Positions 20,957 to 30,258 of a stretch of 64,000 nt of DNA are shown one piece after another. Where the stretch lies: contig JBMOKY010000001.1 in assembly GCA_049325535.1 (NCBI GenBank), positions 1,074,118 to 1,138,117 on the forward strand. Direction: 5' to 3'. Position 1 is the stretch's first letter; every line of letters begins with the position of its first letter. Below the pieces are notes generated by a model, which ran no database searches, had not been told where the DNA came from, and saw nothing but the letters and a program-made list of their open reading frames with translations. Source of the stretch: Patescibacteria group bacterium. Lineage in GTDB: Bacteria > Patescibacteriota > Patescibacteriia > UBA10025 > JAHIVO01. The position numbers and the translations under genes were made by a program.

Positions 20957-21666
20957 TGCAATTGATCCACATGAGCTCTACCTGTGCGGACGGTAACATG
21001 TCATTCCGCTACGGCGAACGGCATGTGGTTCTGGATAATCGCGTTCGATTTTTGTCTCGCCTCGGAGTAGCGATAGATGATTGTGTTTCCATGAGCCTGG
21101 AACATGGGGTACGGTGCGTCACCGTCACCGCCAAAGATACAAAACGAGGAATGGTAACTGCCGACGGAATACCCGCTGATTGTTTCATCACCACTGAACC
21201 CAACGTCTTTCTCTTCCTCTATACCGCTGATTGTTTACCGGTCAGTATTTACGCCCCAGCACAGAACCTCGTCGCACTTGCCCACCTGGCCCGTAAAAAT
21301 GCTGAATTGCAGTTTGTTGATCAGATTATTCAAATCATTGCTACCACCAGCGGCTCCCTTCCGTCTAAACTGCAAGTCACGATCGGGCCGGGGATCCACC
21401 GTGAATCATACCGGCTGCCACTGTCCGCGGTACGCATTAATTATGAAGTGTGGGGCGCGCAGGCTGCGCAGGGGAATACCGAGGTTACGCTTGACCTGCC
21501 CGGCCTGGTAGTACGTCAACTGCAGCAAGCGGGGGTGGCACCGGAGAACATTACCTGCTCACCAGTAAATACGGCGACGTCTCGCGATTACTTCTCCCAT
21601 TACCGCAGCGCGCGATCACGCGAACCCGAAGCTCGTTTTGCCACGGTTATCGGCTTTAAAAATTAG
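20957..21666 (+). CDS. YfiH/PgeF family (DUF152, laccase-domain) purine nucleoside-processing enzyme
   Basis: LYTADCLPV (the conserved TADC motif) and the family length and layout are present. The start is at MQLIHMS. Confidence 0.7.
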
Positions 21667-21686
21667 ATATTAGTCATTATTCATTA

Positions 21687-22007
21687 TTGTCTATGTCACT
21701 CCACGACATCCAACACCAAACCCACGACTGGATCAGCCAGTACAAAGAAGGATACTGGCCGCCGCATGAGATCATGGCTCAAATGACCGAGGAAATGGGA
21801 GAAATCGCCCGTGAGGTCAATCATGCCTTTGGCATGAAAAAGAAAAAAGCCACTGAGGCGGAAAATAGTATCAGCAATGAACTGGGCGACCTGCTCTTCA
21901 ATATGTCCTGCCTGGCCAACTCGCTTGGCATTGATCTCGACGCGTCATTCGCCCACACCATGCATAAGGTGAATACGCGCGACAAAGATCGGTTTGCTAA
22001 AAAATAA
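21687..22007 (+). CDS. MazG-like nucleotide pyrophosphohydrolase domain protein
   Basis: EEMGEIAREVNH...ELGDLLFNMSCLANSLGIDLD matches the MazG EExxE / GDLLF motifs. Confidence 0.7.
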   Translation: MSMSLHDIQHQTHDWISQYKEGYWPPHEIMAQMTEEMGEIAREVNHAFGMKKKKATEAENSISNELGDLLFNMSCLANSLGIDLDASFAHTMHKVNTRDKDRFAKK

Positions 22008-22013
22008 TTCACA

Positions 22014-22055
22014 ACCAAAAAAACCGCCGGCTGTGTGAACCGGCGGTGTTTGGTG
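22014..22055. terminator. Bidirectional rho-independent terminator between MazG-like (+) and RND transporter (-)
   Basis: aaaaaaa-ccgccgg-ctgtgtgaa-ccggcgg-tgtttgg: a GC stem flanked by an A-run and a T-rich run. Confidence 0.5.
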
Positions 22056-22059
22056 TAAT

Positions 22060-25000
22060 TTACGAGACGACGGGTGAGGCGGTTTTTTTCCACTCGCGCC
22101 GGGCGCGATACCGATGGGTGAACTCGATGAAGAGCGGGATGAATACGAGCGTACCAATCGTGGAAAAAGCCAAACCAGCGATCAGCGCTGCGCCCAATCC
22201 AGTCCAAAAAGGATCAAAAATGGTGATGGGAAGTACACCGCCGATCGTGGTAATGGTAGTGGCGAATATCGGCTGGAGACGCGCCATACCGGAACGAACC
22301 AGCAATTCGGTTGGTGACGTATTCGGGTCGTCACGCCGGAACCGATTATAGGTAGTGATGAGAACGATGGCATTGTTCACCACGATACCGATCAGAGCGA
22401 CGATGCCCAGCCCTGATACCATATTGATTGAACTCTGCACCGCAACCAGTCCGGGAAAAACGCCGATCAGCGCGAGGGGGATGGTAAACATGATCATAGT
22501 TGGCTGCCAAAACGAATTGAATTGATACACCAGTATCAGATACACGGCAATCATTGCCAGAATAAATACGATTTGCAGCCGTGAATAATCCGTGCCAAAA
22601 TCGGCAAATGCCCCACCATAGCTGACCCCATTCTCCGTCAAACCATATGATTTCAATTTTTCCGGGGTCACATATGCCTTGACTGCCGTATCGACGGTAG
22701 CTACATCGATACCGTCATCCAGTACCACACCGACCGTCGCCACCCGTTGCGCATCTAACCGCTGGATAGTGATGGTGCTTTCCCGGCTCTCCACCGCGGC
22801 CACCGATGCCAGTGGCACAATCCCGCGGGCAGCCGGAATAGGCAGTCCTTTGAGTCCGTCAATCGAATCGGTTCCCGCCCCCCCGAAGCGTATCGTCACA
22901 TCATCACTGACGCCATCCTCACGGAAGGTTGCCGAGCCCACTTTTTGCGGGGCAAAAAGCGCATTGACTGTACCGGCGGCAATGAGCGGATTCACGCCGG
23001 CGGCGGCTAATTTCGCTTCATCCAATTCTACCTGCACCGAGGGAACCAACAAATCTTTTGTAGAGTTTGTGGTTTTGGACACGCCCTCATACGCGTCCAG
23101 AAAACGCTGTATATCATCAGCCGCAGTCGACAGGGCTGTCCGGTCGCTGCCCAGGAATTCTATTTCCAAATCATACGCGCTCGATGGAGGGCCATAACTG
23201 GTACCGGACGATTCGATGGCCACGCCCGATCCGGCCGATTCGACGATGGCTGCTACGTCAGCATTAAATTGGTCGCTGATCTGGTGGATCGTTTTTCCGT
23301 CTGGGCGGTCCGCCGGTTTTGCAAAATTTGCATAGACGACATTGTCAAAAAAGTAAAACGTCTGAAAATACGGCAGCGCCACAAACATATCCATCGACTG
23401 CTGGAGGATTTCTTTTTGTCGCTCCAATGTCATGGTAACCGGAAAGGTATAATTTACCTGCATGACGTCGCTGTCGGTGGTCGGAAACTGCTCAAATTTC
23501 AATTGGGGGGCAAACACCCCGATACTGACACCCAGCAGCACTACCGTCAGTACTACCGTCAGTACCATGCGGCTCATTTTCGCGTATATCCAGTGCATCA
23601 ACCGGCCGTACCCACGCGCCATCCAATCCACGAAATTTTGGATCCGATGAATCAGCGCAGGCAGCACCAGAGCTTTTTCCCAATCTTTGATTGTCGCCTG
23701 GCGCCGCTGGTCATACGTCTGCTGTTTGAGCATCCAGCTGCCGAGCAGCGGGGTGATGCAGATCGCCATCAGATATGAAGCGCCCAGCATGATGATCACC
23801 GTATAGGGGATAAATTTCAAAAAATCCCCAATAATACCTCCCAAAAAAGCAAATGGAATGAACGCCACCACCGTCGTCAGTGTGGACGCGGTCACTGCCG
23901 GTCCGAATTTCCGTACTGATATCAGCGCCGCCTCCCGCTTCGTCACGCCCCGTTCAATCTCATGTTTGATCCCCTGCGCGATGACGATGGCATTGTCCAC
24001 GATGATGCCCAGGGTAAAAATCATGCCAAACAATGTGAGGATATTCAGGCTAAATCCGATGACCGGTAAAACAAAAATGGTAACCAAGAATGTCAGCGGA
24101 ATAATAGCCGCCACCAGCAGCGAAGTACGCAAATCAATAAAGAGTAAAAGCACCAGCGCTACCAATATGAGGCCGTATAGTCCATTTTGCAGCAAACTCG
24201 ACAGCTGATCCTGCACGTACGGCGCATTATCGTAGGCGATGACGATATCCATGCCTTCCGGAATAATCTTGTCATCCTTTATCTCGGTAAATTCCGCGCG
24301 CAAATCCTCAGACAACGTGATGATATCACCGCTGTCTTTTTTATACGCCAGTAGGTAGACCGCTTCGCGGGCAAATGACCCAGCCTCAGTCGTATATCCA
24401 ATAAAATGAGCGGCAGTGGCATCATTCGGCGTGCGGGTGATTGTAGCCAGGTCGCCCAATGTCAAAGTCCCGAGCGGGACAGCCGCCAGATCATCGATGG
24501 TCTGGGCGGCGGCGGATATGGTAATCGTCTGCTCGCTACCGTCGTCCATACTGATACTACCGCCGGGGATGGAGGTGATATATGACTGCACCGCTCCCTT
24601 CACCGTATCAAAGGTGAGCCCGCTGGCGACAAAAGCCGCCGTGTCAATCTGAATCTCTACAGAAAAGGTATTGTCGGGAATGATATCAATTTTTTTCAAT
24701 TGATCGGACGATGCCTCCAGACGTGTTTTCACCGCACTGGCATATTCGAGCATTTCACTGACTGACCTGCCATCGGCACTGACGATCCCCAGTGCCATGG
24801 AAACACCGGCCGCGTCAATAGTCTCGACATTGGTCTCCACTCCGGCGGGGAGACTGAGTTTGCCCAGTTCATCAGAGAGCGTGGCGGCGATGGCCGACAC
24901 CTGCTGGGTATTTTCCAGAGTAGCCACGACGCTGCCAAAATTACTGGCGGCCGTGGAGCGCACTTTGGTCACTCCGTCGATATTTTGTGCAGCCTGTTCA

Positions 25001-25224
25001 ATCGGCACCAGTACCGCCTGCTCGACATCTACGGGAGACGCTCCGGGATACACAGCCGAAACCACGATGATATTGATGGGAATCTTGGGGAAATCCTGAC
25101 GCTGATTTGAAGTGATGCCCCATATCCCCGCAAGTACGACGGCTACCAGGAGCAACACGGAGATGCGATACCGATCCATAAAAAAATGAGCCAGCCGCTC
25201 AGTCCAGTTTTCGTGGGATGTCAT
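22060..25224 (-). CDS. RND/MmpL-type efflux transporter permease (12 TM, two large extracytoplasmic loops)
   Basis: About 1050 aa with the characteristic duplicated TM1-loop-TM2-6 architecture and conserved TM4/TM10 charged residues. The start is at MTSHENW. Confidence 0.8.
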   Translation of the reverse strand: MTSHENWTERLAHFFMDRYRISVLLLVAVVLAGIWGITSNQRQDFPKIPINIIVVSAVYPGASPVDVEQAVLVPIEQAAQNIDGVTKVRSTAASNFGSVVATLENTQQVSAIAATLSDELGKLSLPAGVETNVETIDAAGVSMALGIVSADGRSVSEMLEYASAVKTRLEASSDQLKKIDIIPDNTFSVEIQIDTAAFVASGLTFDTVKGAVQSYITSIPGGSISMDDGSEQTITISAAAQTIDDLAAVPLGTLTLGDLATITRTPNDATAAHFIGYTTEAGSFAREAVYLLAYKKDSGDIITLSEDLRAEFTEIKDDKIIPEGMDIVIAYDNAPYVQDQLSSLLQNGLYGLILVALVLLLFIDLRTSLLVAAIIPLTFLVTIFVLPVIGFSLNILTLFGMIFTLGIIVDNAIVIAQGIKHEIERGVTKREAALISVRKFGPAVTASTLTTVVAFIPFAFLGGIIGDFLKFIPYTVIIMLGASYLMAICITPLLGSWMLKQQTYDQRRQATIKDWEKALVLPALIHRIQNFVDWMARGYGRLMHWIYAKMSRMVLTVVLTVVLLGVSIGVFAPQLKFEQFPTTDSDVMQVNYTFPVTMTLERQKEILQQSMDMFVALPYFQTFYFFDNVVYANFAKPADRPDGKTIHQISDQFNADVAAIVESAGSGVAIESSGTSYGPPSSAYDLEIEFLGSDRTALSTAADDIQRFLDAYEGVSKTTNSTKDLLVPSVQVELDEAKLAAAGVNPLIAAGTVNALFAPQKVGSATFREDGVSDDVTIRFGGAGTDSIDGLKGLPIPAARGIVPLASVAAVESRESTITIQRLDAQRVATVGVVLDDGIDVATVDTAVKAYVTPEKLKSYGLTENGVSYGGAFADFGTDYSRLQIVFILAMIAVYLILVYQFNSFWQPTMIMFTIPLALIGVFPGLVAVQSSINMVSGLGIVALIGIVVNNAIVLITTYNRFRRDDPNTSPTELLVRSGMARLQPIFATTITTIGGVLPITIFDPFWTGLGAALIAGLAFSTIGTLVFIPLFIEFTHRYRARREWKKTASPVVS

Positions 25225-25416
25225 ATGAATAATATGTTTGTTATTCCGCTTAAATAATTGCCCCAGTATACCTGCATCAGGGAGGATTGTCAAAGCTCGG
25301 AAAAACGCGCATATGCCCAAGGGCTCAAGTACGCGCAATGCGCCTTGTATCTTCATGGTAATTTACTTTTTTGCTATTTTGTGATATAATAAATCGCGTT
25401 AGTAAATAAAAAAACC

Positions 25417-26295
25417 ATGAAAAAAGTCACGAAAGTAATCATCCCCGCCGCTGGCTTTGGCACGCGTTTTTTACCGGTGACCAAAGCACAACCGAAGGAG
25501 ATGCTGCCGATCGTGGATAAACCGGTCATACAGTACGTGGTGGAAGAGGCGGTTGCCTCGGGTATTACCGACGTGATCATCGTCACCAGCTGGCAGAAAC
25601 GGTCTCTGGAAGATCATTTTGATTTTTCCCCTGAACTGGAAAAGCAACTGGAGGAAGCCGGCAAAACAGAAAAATTAAAGGAAATACGAGCCATTGCCAA
25701 AATGGCTAATTTTATTTATGTCCGCCAAAAAGGCCCCTACGGTAATGCTACTCCCGTCCTGAGCGCCCAGCATGTGATCGGAGAAGACGAGCCTTTTGCG
25801 GTGCTCTGGGGAGACGAATTTATCGCCAGCAAACCGCCACGCTTGAAACAGCTGATCGACGCCTTTAATGAATACGGGCATACGGTGATCAGCGCCTGTC
25901 GTGTCGCACCCGAACATTTGAACCGGTATGGTATCGCCGACATAGAACCGGTGCGAGATAACATTTACAATATCAAATCAATCATCGAAAAACCGGACCA
26001 ATCAAATGCTCCCTCCGACCTGGGGCTGCTCGGCGGATACGTCTTCACCCCAGCCATCATCGACCACCTGAATGCCATCAAGCCAGGCAAAGACAATGAG
26101 CTGTGGCTCATCGACGCCATCAACGCCCTGATGAAACGAGAACCGGTCTACGCCTGTGAAATCCAGAATGGAACATATTATGACACAGGCAGTAAACTCG
26201 AATACCTCAAGGCCAACATCGACTACGCCCTCCAGCGATCTGATCTGAAAGAAGACCTGGCCCACTACCTGAAAAAGAAAGTAGAAGAATTATGA
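25417..26295 (+). CDS. galU: UTP-glucose-1-phosphate uridylyltransferase
   Basis: VIIPAAGFGTRFLPVTKAQPKEMLPIVDKPVIQY is the canonical GalU N-terminal motif. Confidence 0.85.
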   Translation: MKKVTKVIIPAAGFGTRFLPVTKAQPKEMLPIVDKPVIQYVVEEAVASGITDVIIVTSWQKRSLEDHFDFSPELEKQLEEAGKTEKLKEIRAIAKMANFIYVRQKGPYGNATPVLSAQHVIGEDEPFAVLWGDEFIASKPPRLKQLIDAFNEYGHTVISACRVAPEHLNRYGIADIEPVRDNIYNIKSIIEKPDQSNAPSDLGLLGGYVFTPAIIDHLNAIKPGKDNELWLIDAINALMKREPVYACEIQNGTYYDTGSKLEYLKANIDYALQRSDLKEDLAHYLKKKVEEL

Positions 26296-27677
26296 AGAAA
26301 AAAACCACCCAACACGGCATGTCAAAAGTCATCATCCTGGCGCTGTTTGGGTTTATCGCCCTGGTCATCGCCGGGGTTATATTTATCATCATCGGATCAA
26401 AAGCAGCGCCCGCGCCAAAAGCCATGACCCTCACCATCTGGGGCGTCTGGGACGAGACGTCTGACCTGCAATCGATCATCAGCGCCTACCAGGGCGCCCA
26501 TCCCTATATCACCATTCGCTATGTGAAATTGCGCAGTGAGGAATACGAAGAACGGCTGCTGAAAGGATGGGCGACCAATTCCGGTCCCGATATCTATGCC
26601 CTGCCGGCCAGCTGGATAACCAAATATAAAACTGATTTCATCACCCCCGTCCCCAAATCGACAAAAGTCGCCTACTACACCACTAAGAAGGTCCTCTTCA
26701 AAACTGAAACCGTAATCACCGAGCAAACTGATCCCTCGTTGACCCCGAGTGACGTGCGGAGGAATTATGTCGATGTCGTCTATGATGATGTAGTTATCAA
26801 TGATAAAATATACGGTCTGCCGCTGGGTATCGACACGCTGGTCATGTACTACAACCGTGAATTACTAAACCAGGCGTCGCTAGTCCAGCCACCGGCCACC
26901 TGGAATGAATTTACCGCGGCGGTCAGCCGTCTGGCCTTGGTCGACGAGCAACAAAACATCGTCCGCGCCGCCACCGCGCTTGGCACGACTAACAATATCA
27001 CCCCGGCAACCGATATACTCACCCTGCTCATGCTGCAAAACGGAACGGTCATGACCCGGGGCAATACTATCACCTTCACCAGCGCTTCCGCCACTGACCC
27101 GAGCTACAACCCCGGCATCGAAGCGCTCCGATTCTACACCGATTTTGCCAATCCCCAAAAAGCAGTCTACACCTGGAATCCGGAACAACCCAATGCCCTG
27201 GATCAATTCGCTCAGGGCGAGCTGGCCTTCTTCTTCGGGTATAAATTCAATGAGCCGGAAATCAAATCAAAAAACCGCGGAGTGGACTATGATATCGCCC
27301 CGGTGCCGCAGGTCGATTTGAATAGCACGGTTAATTTCGCCAGCTATAATGTCTACACGGTAGCTAAGCAAAGCACGCACGCTAATGAAGCATGGAATTT
27401 CATCCAGTTTGCCAGTAATCCCAAACGGCTGAAACAATACCTAGCCGGTACCAGCCAGGCCAGCGCCGTTCGATCCGTGCTGAATGAACAGCTGGCCGAC
27501 CCATCAACCGCGGTGTTTGCCCAACAGGCGCTGACGGCAAAAAGCTGGTTCCATGGAAAAAATCCGGAGACAGTCAAGGAATCATTCACGGAAATGATTG
27601 ATACGGTGCTGGCCGACCCCGGACAGCTCCAGGCCGCGGTCAAGACGGCCGCCCAAAAAATACAACTCGGATACTAA
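26292..27677 (+). CDS. Extracellular solute-binding protein (ABC family-1 SBP fold), TM-anchored, no cognate permease adjacent
   Basis: An N-terminal TM anchor is followed by an approximately 420-aa SBP-like domain (LTIWGVWDE..., YGLPLGIDTLVMYYN). Confidence 0.65.
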   Translation: MKKKTTQHGMSKVIILALFGFIALVIAGVIFIIIGSKAAPAPKAMTLTIWGVWDETSDLQSIISAYQGAHPYITIRYVKLRSEEYEERLLKGWATNSGPDIYALPASWITKYKTDFITPVPKSTKVAYYTTKKVLFKTETVITEQTDPSLTPSDVRRNYVDVVYDDVVINDKIYGLPLGIDTLVMYYNRELLNQASLVQPPATWNEFTAAVSRLALVDEQQNIVRAATALGTTNNITPATDILTLLMLQNGTVMTRGNTITFTSASATDPSYNPGIEALRFYTDFANPQKAVYTWNPEQPNALDQFAQGELAFFFGYKFNEPEIKSKNRGVDYDIAPVPQVDLNSTVNFASYNVYTVAKQSTHANEAWNFIQFASNPKRLKQYLAGTSQASAVRSVLNEQLADPSTAVFAQQALTAKSWFHGKNPETVKESFTEMIDTVLADPGQLQAAVKTAAQKIQLGY

Positions 27678-27681
27678 ACCT

Positions 27682-29253
27682 ATGAAACGCAACCGCACCA
27701 CCCATTATGTCATCCTTGGCCTGAGCTTGGTGCTGCTGGTCACCTCACTGCTGCCGCGCCTGACTGCGGCGGCCGAATATGAACGCTATGAAAATGGCTG
27801 GGTGATCGTCCCCCCCGAATGCATCGATCCCAGCGTCGGTACCTGCGGATTAAATTCATTGGTGCAGTTATTTATCAATCTGGCCAATGTCGGACTGAAA
27901 GTGCTGCCCTACCTGACCATGATCATGATGATCTGGGCGGGTTTTAATCTGATCATGGCCGGTGGCAACCCAGAAAAGGTCCAAAGCGGAAAAAAAATGA
28001 TCTCATCGGTTCTGCTCGGCGTCATCATCGTCACTGTGCTTGCTTGGGCGTGGTCGTATTTTGTTGTGGTTATACTAACCGGTGAATATAATTTATTCCC
28101 AAACACGATATTTGAAAAAGCCTGGTGGGGCGGCGGCACCGTGGCTGAAGCGCCGCCAGGTACCGGCTGCTGCGTCATCAACACGCTCGGCTGTACCAAT
28201 AATACCCAGGAGCAGTGCGACAGCGCCCGGGCCTCGCTCCAGGCACTGGCCTATGTCACCGGTGGCACGGCACCCCAGGTATTTTGGCAGGGCGAAAACC
28301 AATTCTGCTATGAATTTCCGACTCAATGTAAAAATTATCAATTCGGCTGCTGCGTGCCGGTCGATCCAAATAATAAAACATGCTATAACGGCAACGAACG
28401 CGGGTGTCTCGATGTCGTCTTCCCCGGCGCCGGACAGCAGCAAGTGGCGGTGACATTCAATCCGACTAAATGCGCCAATCTCGCCGATCGCTGCGAAAAT
28501 ATCGTGGGTGAAGCGACAACTCAAACGTCTGACGGCTGCTGCGTCACCGGCAATTCATGCAATGCCGGCAGCAGCAGTACATGCAGCGGCCAATTTTATC
28601 CCGGTCAGAGCTGCAACACAGTCAATGACTGTACGGTCGGCTGCTGTGTGGGTACTGCCTCCTGCAGCGCCGGCAAAATAAATTGCACTGGTGTGTGGAA
28701 TGCCACATCATGTACAGAAGCACCGAATGACACAAATTGCACCATCGGCTGCTGTGAAGACACGCGCCAAGGCGCTGACCATGTCTCCTGCTACACATCG
28801 ATGACCGTGGCCGCCTGTGATGCCCGCACCGGGGGCAGCTTCATCTTCGATCCGTCCTTTGCTAATTGCCAGGGTCTGGTGGAGTGTTTCAACGGGTGCT
28901 GTACCGCCAATAACCAGTGTTCGAGCGGTAACATCGACGGGTCGTGCCCTGACCCAGTAAACAACTATGACGCCAACAGCGCTTGTGCCGGCAATCCCGC
29001 CTGTGACGAAGGATGTTGTCTTTTTTCGGATGCCACTACCTGCACCGACGGCATCATCCGGGACAATTGCAATGGCGTCTTCTACGGCGGCTTCTGCTCT
29101 GACCGTCATGAATGCTCAACCATCGGGTGCTGTAAAGATGTCATCAATGCATCAGGCGCCTGTATCGATGGCTACGCCGACGCTGCTTGTGGTGGATTCC
29201 CAAATGAATTCCACGAAGGCAGTTGCTCAGACGCACCATTCACCTGTCCTTAA
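27682..29253 (+). CDS. T4SS-type (TrbC/VirB2-like) pilin-like N-terminal domain fused to a roughly 360-aa cysteine-rich extension with eight GCC-x(n)-C repeats
   Basis: Signal/TM segment, then the pilin-like motif WAGFNLIMAGGNPEKVQSGKKMISSVLLGVIIV shared with the two downstream paralogs. Then 8 repeats each starting G-C-C (TGCCVINTLGC..., FGCCVPVDPNNKTC..., DGCCVTGNSCNAG..., VGCCVGTASCSAG..., IGCCEDTRQG..., NGCCTANNQCSSG..., EGCCLFSDATTC..., IGCCKDVINASGAC...). There are about 45 Cys and many N-x-S/T sequons. Confidence 0.7.
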   Translation: MKRNRTTHYVILGLSLVLLVTSLLPRLTAAAEYERYENGWVIVPPECIDPSVGTCGLNSLVQLFINLANVGLKVLPYLTMIMMIWAGFNLIMAGGNPEKVQSGKKMISSVLLGVIIVTVLAWAWSYFVVVILTGEYNLFPNTIFEKAWWGGGTVAEAPPGTGCCVINTLGCTNNTQEQCDSARASLQALAYVTGGTAPQVFWQGENQFCYEFPTQCKNYQFGCCVPVDPNNKTCYNGNERGCLDVVFPGAGQQQVAVTFNPTKCANLADRCENIVGEATTQTSDGCCVTGNSCNAGSSSTCSGQFYPGQSCNTVNDCTVGCCVGTASCSAGKINCTGVWNATSCTEAPNDTNCTIGCCEDTRQGADHVSCYTSMTVAACDARTGGSFIFDPSFANCQGLVECFNGCCTANNQCSSGNIDGSCPDPVNNYDANSACAGNPACDEGCCLFSDATTCTDGIIRDNCNGVFYGGFCSDRHECSTIGCCKDVINASGACIDGYADAACGGFPNEFHEGSCSDAPFTCP

Positions 29254-29278
29254 TCCATATCCACTTGCACATAACCAT

Positions 29279-29689
29279 ATGAGTACTATGAGACCCAAAC
29301 TTTTACTCCTTGCCCTGATAGTGATGACAGGTGTATTGGTATGGTCGGTGATGTTACCCACCCCCGCTGCTCTAGCACAGGGTACCGGCACCAGCAGCGG
29401 GCCGACGCTACCAAACCCACTTGGTGAAAATGAAGATCATACGCCGATCAGTTTAATTGATGTGCTATTGCGTGTCTTGCAGATCGCGCTGGCAGCCGTG
29501 GATATTTTCGCCTTATTCATGTTCATCCTGGGCGGTTTCCAGCTCCTCATCTCCGCAGGGAATCCCGAGCGTATCAAAAAAGCCAAGGATACGCTGGTGT
29601 GGGCGACGCTGGGGGTGCTGGTCATCACCCTAAGCTATTCCATACTTAAATTCATTTTTGAAGCAGTTCGCAAGGAATTCGGTAATTAG
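29279..29689 (+). CDS. T4SS-type pilin-like protein (paralog 2)
   Basis: Signal peptide plus FMFILGGFQLLISAGNPERIKKAKDTLVWATLGVLVITL, the same motif as the neighbours. The start is at MSTMRPK or MRPK. Confidence 0.6.
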   Translation: MSTMRPKLLLLALIVMTGVLVWSVMLPTPAALAQGTGTSSGPTLPNPLGENEDHTPISLIDVLLRVLQIALAAVDIFALFMFILGGFQLLISAGNPERIKKAKDTLVWATLGVLVITLSYSILKFIFEAVRKEFGN

Positions 29690-29809
29690 CTGCTGCCCGC
29701 TGATTTGACATTTTGCCAAAAAGTGTGTATACTCATGGCATCTATTGACAAAAATCAATAAATACGATATATTGCATTATCCTAAAAAACGAAAGGGGGT
29801 GACAAAACA

Positions 29810-30163
29810 ATGAAAAAATTAATTTCTCTCGTCGCGCTGGTTGCCGTGTTGGCACTCCCGGCCGTTGCTTCAGCTCAGGTCAATATCAATGACAATTTAG
29901 GTTCAACCTTTGGTCTTGGTACCGCTGACCTGGAAAATACCGTGATCAATGTCGTTCAGTGGGTACTCGGATTCCTCGGCTTGATCGCTGTTATCATGAT
30001 TTTAATCGGTGGCTTCCAGTGGATTACTGCTGGTGGTAATGAAGAAAAAGTTGCTTCAGCCAAGAAAGTCATCTCAGCCGCCGTTATTGGTTTAATCATC
30101 GTCCTGCTCGCCTGGGCTATCGTCATCTTCGTGGTCTCTCAGACCAACGATCTGACCAACTAG
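29810..30163 (+). CDS. T4SS-type pilin-like protein (paralog 3, canonical about 117 aa)
   Basis: Signal peptide MKKLISLVALVAVLALPAVASAQ, then IMILIGGFQWITAGGNEEKVASAKKVISAAVIGLIIVLLAWAI. It is preceded by a well-spaced promoter-like AT-rich region and followed by a terminator. Confidence 0.7.
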   Translation: MKKLISLVALVAVLALPAVASAQVNINDNLGSTFGLGTADLENTVINVVQWVLGFLGLIAVIMILIGGFQWITAGGNEEKVASAKKVISAAVIGLIIVLLAWAIVIFVVSQTNDLTN

Positions 30164-30190
30164 TCTCAGTCTCGAGAAGTGAAAACCAAA

Positions 30191-30227
30191 CGACCCAGCC
30201 TCTCGTAAGGGGCTGGGTTTGTTTTTA
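30191..30227 (+). terminator. Rho-independent terminator after pilin paralog 3
   Basis: The cccagcc-tctcgtaag-ggctggg stem-loop is followed by tttgttttt. Confidence 0.55.
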
Positions 30228-30258
30228 TTCCCCCTCACTTCTGCTAAAATAACCGCAT

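Noticed and set aside
22679-25099. Several 60-170 aa plus-strand ORFs within the RND transporter gene.
   Set aside because: They are antisense to a continuous 1050-aa gene with the conserved RND architecture. Their Ser/Thr/Ala-rich composition is low-complexity.
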